Shown: positions 59,688 to 64,000 of the stretch, one piece after another
Position numbering within the stretch: position 1 is the first letter of the stretch
Layout of the letters: every line of letters starts with the position of its first letter
Source of the DNA: an uncultured Acidimicrobiaceae bacterium
GTDB lineage: Bacteria; Actinomycetota; Acidimicrobiia; Acidimicrobiales; RAAP-2
Reading direction: 5' to 3'
Length of the DNA stretch: 64,000 nt
Assembly: GCA_963839925.1 (NCBI GenBank)
Contig: CAWIWV010000001.1
Location: forward strand, 630,094-694,093
Notes under the pieces: generated by a model
Told to the model about the DNA's origin: nothing
Database searches by the model: none
What the model saw: only the letters and a program-made list of their open reading frames with translations
Made by a program: the position numbers and the translations under genes

Positions 59688-60818
59688 ATGATCAAGTACC
59701 TCGGCTCCAAGCGGCGCTTGGTGCCCGCGCTCACCCTGTTGGCCGAGGTCTCGGGTGCCCGGACGGCGCTCGACCTGTTCTGTGGGACCACCCGGGTGGC
59801 ACAGGCATGGAAGGAGCTGGGGATCGAGGTGACCGCCGTCGACCGGACCCGTTTCGCCCACGCGCTCGCCCGCTGTTATGTGGCGACCGACCCGGTGGCG
59901 GATCCGACGCTCGTCGAGCGAACAGCGGCCGCTGTCGATCAACTCAACGCCCTTCCCGGACGGCCCGGTTACGTCACCGCCACCTTCTGCGAGCAGGCCC
60001 GGTACTTCCGGCCCGAGAACGGAGCCCGCATCGACGCGGTGCGGGATGCGATCGAGCACGACTACGCGGGCAGCGATCTCTGGCCCGTCCTGATCACCAG
60101 CCTGCTCGAGGCCGCCGATCGGGTGGACTCGACCACGGGCCTCCAGATGGCCTACCTGAAGCAGTGGGCGCCGCGTGCCCACCAACCACTCGTGTTGCGG
60201 GTGCCGCTCATGATCGGCGGGCCGGGACGGGCGTTGCGCGGGGATGCGGCGCTGCTCGCCGGCACCCCCGAGCTCGATCCGGTCGACCTTGCCTACCTCG
60301 ATCCCCCGTACAACCAGCACCGCTACGACTCGAACTACCACGTGTGGGAGACGATCGTGGCCTGGGACGCCCCCGACCACTACGGCGTCGCCTGCAAGCG
60401 CGAGGAGTTGCGGGACCCGCTCCAGAAGAGCGCCTTCAACGGTCGGCGGACCATGCCGGTCGCGCTGGCCCAGGTGCTCGACGCGGTCCGCGCCGAGGTG
60501 GTCCTGCTCTCGTACAACAACGAGTCGTGGTTGAGTTTCGACGAGCTGATCGACATGTGCCGGTCGCGCGGCCATGTGGAGGTGCTGGCGTTCGACTCTG
60601 CCCGCTACGTGGGGGCGAGGATCGGCATCCACGACCCGGAAGGACGAAAAGTCGGCTCGGTCTCCCACCTCCGCAACACCGAGTACGTGGTGGTGGCCGG
60701 CGACCGGCGCCGGGTGCGCCCGATGGTCCGATCGGTCGTCGAGGCAGGTCTGGGGGCACGGGTCGAGCGCCCGGTGCTCGTGGCAACCGGACCCTCCAAG
60801 GAGTCGCTACCGGTTTGA
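59688..60818 (+). CDS. D12-class N6-adenine DNA methyltransferase (no adjacent endonuclease)
   Basis: MIKYLGSKRRL N-terminus, LDLFCGTTRV (SAM motif I), LDPPYNQHRY (DPPY catalytic motif), LLSYNNESW. Confidence 0.85.
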   Translation: MIKYLGSKRRLVPALTLLAEVSGARTALDLFCGTTRVAQAWKELGIEVTAVDRTRFAHALARCYVATDPVADPTLVERTAAAVDQLNALPGRPGYVTATFCEQARYFRPENGARIDAVRDAIEHDYAGSDLWPVLITSLLEAADRVDSTTGLQMAYLKQWAPRAHQPLVLRVPLMIGGPGRALRGDAALLAGTPELDPVDLAYLDPPYNQHRYDSNYHVWETIVAWDAPDHYGVACKREELRDPLQKSAFNGRRTMPVALAQVLDAVRAEVVLLSYNNESWLSFDELIDMCRSRGHVEVLAFDSARYVGARIGIHDPEGRKVGSVSHLRNTEYVVVAGDRRRVRPMVRSVVEAGLGARVERPVLVATGPSKESLPV

Positions 60819-60939
60819 CCTGGGTGTGGGGGCCTGTCAACGTGGTCGCCGACGGTTCGTCGCCAGCCTGTTGAGCGGGCGCGAGCACCTGGCCGAACAT
60901 CGCTGTCGGACAGCCGCCAACAACCGGGGGAGTGACGTC

Positions 60940-61818
60940 ATGGGAGCACTGGACGGACGGGTCGCGATCATCACCGGTGCCGGTCGCGGCATCGGGCGCG
61001 AGCATGCCCTCCTCTTCGCAGCCGAAGGGGCCAGCGTGGTCGTCAACGACCTGGGCGGCGCCGTCGACGGATCGGGGGACGATCGAACCCCGGCCCAGCA
61101 GGTGGTGGACGAGATCACCGCCGCCGGGGGCAAGGCGGTGGTCAATGCCGACGACATCTGTGACTGGGAGGGCGGCAAGCGCCTCATCGACACCGCGCTC
61201 GAGGCCTTCGGGGATCTCCATGTCCTGGTCAACAACGCGGGCATCCTGCGCGACCGGGTGCTGGTCAACATGTCGGAGGCGGACTGGGACTCGGTGATCC
61301 ACGTCCATCTGAAGGGTCACTTCGTCCCCACCCGGCACGCCGCCGCCTACTGGCGCGAGCAGACCAAGGCAGGTCGCCAGATCAAGGCGTCGGTGGTCAA
61401 CACCTCCTCGACGTCGGGGCTGCTCGGCAATCCGGGCCAGTCCAACTACGGTGCGGCGAAGGCGGGCATCGCGGCCTTCACCACCATCGCCGCCGACGAG
61501 CTGGTCCGCTACGGCGTGCGGGTCAACGCGATCGCCCCGGCTGCTCGCACCCGGATGACCGAGCAGACCCCCGGCCTCTCCGACATCGTGCAGGCGCCGG
61601 CCGACCCCTCGGTGTTCGACAGCTGGGACCCCGCGAACATCTCCCCGCTGGTGGCCTACCTGGCCACCGAGGACTGCCCGGCAACCGGAAGGGTGTACTT
61701 CATCCAGGGAGGGCAGATCCGCCTGTTCCAGCCCTGGACGATGACCACCACCCTCGAGCAGCCGGAACGCTGGACCGTCGCTCGGTTGCAGGCCGAGATG
61801 ACACCGCTCGTGAGCTGA
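60940..61818 (+). CDS. SDR family oxidoreductase
   Basis: GRVAIITGAGRGIGRE, NNAG, YGAAKAG motifs; 292 aa. Confidence 0.85.
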   Translation: MGALDGRVAIITGAGRGIGREHALLFAAEGASVVVNDLGGAVDGSGDDRTPAQQVVDEITAAGGKAVVNADDICDWEGGKRLIDTALEAFGDLHVLVNNAGILRDRVLVNMSEADWDSVIHVHLKGHFVPTRHAAAYWREQTKAGRQIKASVVNTSSTSGLLGNPGQSNYGAAKAGIAAFTTIAADELVRYGVRVNAIAPAARTRMTEQTPGLSDIVQAPADPSVFDSWDPANISPLVAYLATEDCPATGRVYFIQGGQIRLFQPWTMTTTLEQPERWTVARLQAEMTPLVS

Positions 61819-61899
61819 ACGGTGCCGCCGGCAACCATGCCGGGCGGAGCCGATGCGGACGATGGGTCCGACGCCAGCGATGTCGTCCAGGCCGAGGCG

Positions 61900-63408
61900 A
61901 TGCTCAGCGGGACCCGGGCGGGTGCCGAGGGGGGGATCGTCGCGCCCTGGCCCCTCTTGTTCAGGCACCGGATCCACCACCGCCTGACCCGTTCCGAGCG
62001 GTACCAGTGGTGGGTGCTCTGGACACTGCTCGCCGGACTGCTGTCGGTGAACATCACCTTCACCGTCTTCGTGGTCGCCCTGCCCAAAGTCGCCCACGAG
62101 CTGCACACCACCATCTCGACCCTGACCTGGACCTCCACCGGTCCGCTGCTGGCCTTCGGCGTCGCAGCACCGATCCTCGGCAAGCTCGGAGACCTGCACG
62201 GCTATCGACGCCTCTACCTCGCCGGCCTGCTCGGAGCCGCGGTCAGCGTGGTACTCACCGCCTCGGCGCCGACCGTCGGGGTGCTCATCGCCGCGCGGAT
62301 CTTCGACGGGGTCCAGGGTGCGGCCACCGGTGCGGCGTCGATGGCCCTCATCCTTCGGGTCTTCTCCCACGGGGACCGGGTCAAGGCTCTCGGATGGTGG
62401 GCGCTGGTGGCGGCCGGAGGCCCGGTGCTCGGTGTCACCATCGGCGCCCCGGTGATCCAGTACTTCGGATGGCGAGCGCTGTTCTGGGGCGAGCTGCCCC
62501 TCATGGCACTCGCCGCGATCTTGGCGGTGATCGTGCTTCCTGCCGGCAATCCGGTGGTCGCCGAACGGAGCGAGGTTCGGACCCAGAGCACCTGGCGGAC
62601 CCTCGACTGGAAGGGGTCACTGGCTCTGTCGACCTCGGTGACGACGTTCCTGCTCGCCCTCAACGTCGGGCCATCCTGGGGATTCTCGGCGCCGGCAACG
62701 CTGTGCATCTTCGGAATCAGTGCTCTGGCGCTCGCCGCATTCGTACTCCAGGAGCGCCGTGCCGCCCATCCGCTCATCCCCCTCCGCTACTTCCGGATGA
62801 GGAACTTCGTATTCCCGAACGGGGCGGCGATGTTCATCAACTTCGCGTACATGGGTGGGTTCTTCCTCTTCCCGATCCTGATGGAGGGGATCTACGGCTA
62901 CAGCGAAACCCGAGCGGGCCTGGTCTCGACGGCTCGTCCACTCATGTTCTCGCTGCTCGCGCCTATTGCCGGCTATGCCGCCGTCAGGCTGGGGGAGCGC
63001 CTGATGGCGGTGGCCGGGGCCGTCGCTCTGGTCGTCTCGATGTACGTCTTCACCCGACTCGGCCCCACCCCGTCGTTGTCGGTGATCCTCTTCGCACTGG
63101 CGATGTCCGGGGTGGCGAACGGCCTCGCCAGCCCCTCGACCACCGCTTCGGCGTCCAATGAGCTTGCCCCCGACGAGCTCGGGGTGATGAGCGCCGCCCA
63201 ACAGCTGATCGGCCAGATCGGCGTCGTCGCGGGTATCCAGGTGATGGTCACCGTGCAGGCATCGGCACACGGCGGGGTGGGCTCGTTGGCCTCGTTCCAC
63301 CGCGCGTACGCGGTCGGGCTCGTCGCTGCGGTGCTCGCCGGAGTGTGCGGGTTGTTCATGCAGAACACCCCCGGGCACGGGCGGAAGCCCGCACCGGTCA
63401 CTTCTTAG
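61900..63408 (+). CDS. MFS transporter (14-TM drug:H+ antiporter-like)
   Basis: Multiple TM helices and the motif LGKLGDLHGYRRLYL (MFS motif A-like). The start is uncertain (ATG 61900 or GTG 61822). Confidence 0.8.
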   Translation: MLSGTRAGAEGGIVAPWPLLFRHRIHHRLTRSERYQWWVLWTLLAGLLSVNITFTVFVVALPKVAHELHTTISTLTWTSTGPLLAFGVAAPILGKLGDLHGYRRLYLAGLLGAAVSVVLTASAPTVGVLIAARIFDGVQGAATGAASMALILRVFSHGDRVKALGWWALVAAGGPVLGVTIGAPVIQYFGWRALFWGELPLMALAAILAVIVLPAGNPVVAERSEVRTQSTWRTLDWKGSLALSTSVTTFLLALNVGPSWGFSAPATLCIFGISALALAAFVLQERRAAHPLIPLRYFRMRNFVFPNGAAMFINFAYMGGFFLFPILMEGIYGYSETRAGLVSTARPLMFSLLAPIAGYAAVRLGERLMAVAGAVALVVSMYVFTRLGPTPSLSVILFALAMSGVANGLASPSTTASASNELAPDELGVMSAAQQLIGQIGVVAGIQVMVTVQASAHGGVGSLASFHRAYAVGLVAAVLAGVCGLFMQNTPGHGRKPAPVTS

Positions 63409-63812
63409 GCGGTCATCGCCAGAATGCGGGCACCGATCTCGGCGGTGACCGGGTCCGGGGTGATCGACTGGAGGGCCATCAGTTTGGAGATGTCCCCTTC
63501 GACTTTGATCTTGCCCGACAAGAAGGCCTGGATCCCGGCCTGCGGATTGCCCTCGACCAGGATGGCCTTGGCGACGTCATACTCGAGCGACACCAGGAGG
63601 TCGACCGGATCGATGTGCCCTGTGTCGAGCATCAGCTCGCCAGTCGTGGTGTCCACGTGGGCGTCGATGGCGCCGTCGCCGAAGGGAACCGCGTCGACGA
63701 CCAGATTGATCCGGATCGACTGGTCGATGGTGCCGCCCTTTCCTTCGAATTCCTCCCGTATCACCCGGGTCTCGGCCAGCCATTCGTTACTCAGAAACTG
63801 ATAGGTGGCCAT
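63405..63812 (-). CDS. SCP2 sterol-binding-domain protein
   Basis: 135 aa. FLSNEWLAE...VSLEYDVAKAILVEGNPQAGIQAFLSGKIKVEGDISKLMAL is a typical SCP2 C-terminal pattern. Confidence 0.8.
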   Translation of the reverse strand: MATYQFLSNEWLAETRVIREEFEGKGGTIDQSIRINLVVDAVPFGDGAIDAHVDTTTGELMLDTGHIDPVDLLVSLEYDVAKAILVEGNPQAGIQAFLSGKIKVEGDISKLMALQSITPDPVTAEIGARILAMTA

Positions 63813-63914
63813 CGGGCGCGCTGCTCCTTCGTGTGCTGGACAAGGGGACTCTCCGTCCGCTCACTCTACTGTTCGCCTTCCAGGGCAACGACTCTGCCCG
63901 GTAGCATCCCCACC

Positions 63915-64000
63915 ATGCCGACTCCGATCATCCCTGGTGCCGAGCCCTGGTCCGCCCCCGGTGGCCCCGGAGGTGTGCTCGTGCTGCACGGCTTCACCGG
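63915..64000 (+). CDS. Alpha/beta hydrolase (esterase/lipase-like), 5' fragment running off the window
   Basis: MPTPIIPGAEPWSAPGGPGGVLVLHGFTG: only 28 codons are visible. Confidence 0.45.
   Translation, partial: MPTPIIPGAEPWSAPGGPGGVLVLHGFT

Noticed and set aside
59193-60939. Search for a restriction endonuclease partner of the D12 methyltransferase.
   Set aside because: The only other long ORF there (59193-60668, minus) is an antisense low-complexity shadow, and the flanking genes are a HIT-like protein and an SDR.

Overview
High-GC, Actinobacteria-like chromosomal segment with about 58 protein genes. I recognised no rRNA, tRNA, CRISPR array or transposase. The window falls into three blocks. 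(i) 1-14.2 kb is a cell-envelope glycan locus. It holds four paralogous copies of a glycoside-hydrolase-like domain that I cannot assign to a named family; two copies are fused to long secreted pentapeptide-repeat arrays. The locus also has a GH3 enzyme, a GT2 enzyme and a large polytopic membrane protein. (ii) 14.2-28.3 kb is a 13-gene, tightly translationally coupled mycofactocin operon (mftA-mftB-mftC ... mftE ... mftF, with divergent mftR). Two FadH/OYE flavoproteins, two SDRs and a FixB-FixC-FixX-FixA electron-transfer-flavoprotein module sit between mftC and mftF (all but one SDR between mftC and mftE). No mftD or mftG is visible in the window. (iii) 28-64 kb is mostly housekeeping: rpiB, an Fpg/Nei glycosylase, ileS, leuA with a Leu-codon leader plus terminator attenuator, a cysteine desulfurase-mnmA-ligA run, and a PASTA kinase. 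Accessory items are interspersed: a leader-CDS-hairpin cassette for a secreted four-Cys protein present three times, an ECF sigma/anti-sigma/G1-peptidase operon, an orphan D12 DNA methyltransferase, and an aldehyde dehydrogenase with Ser in place of the catalytic Cys. Six genes have reading frames broken by single indels, so several long ORFs in the supplied track are artefactual fusions. All family assignments come from motif recognition by eye; no database search was run.
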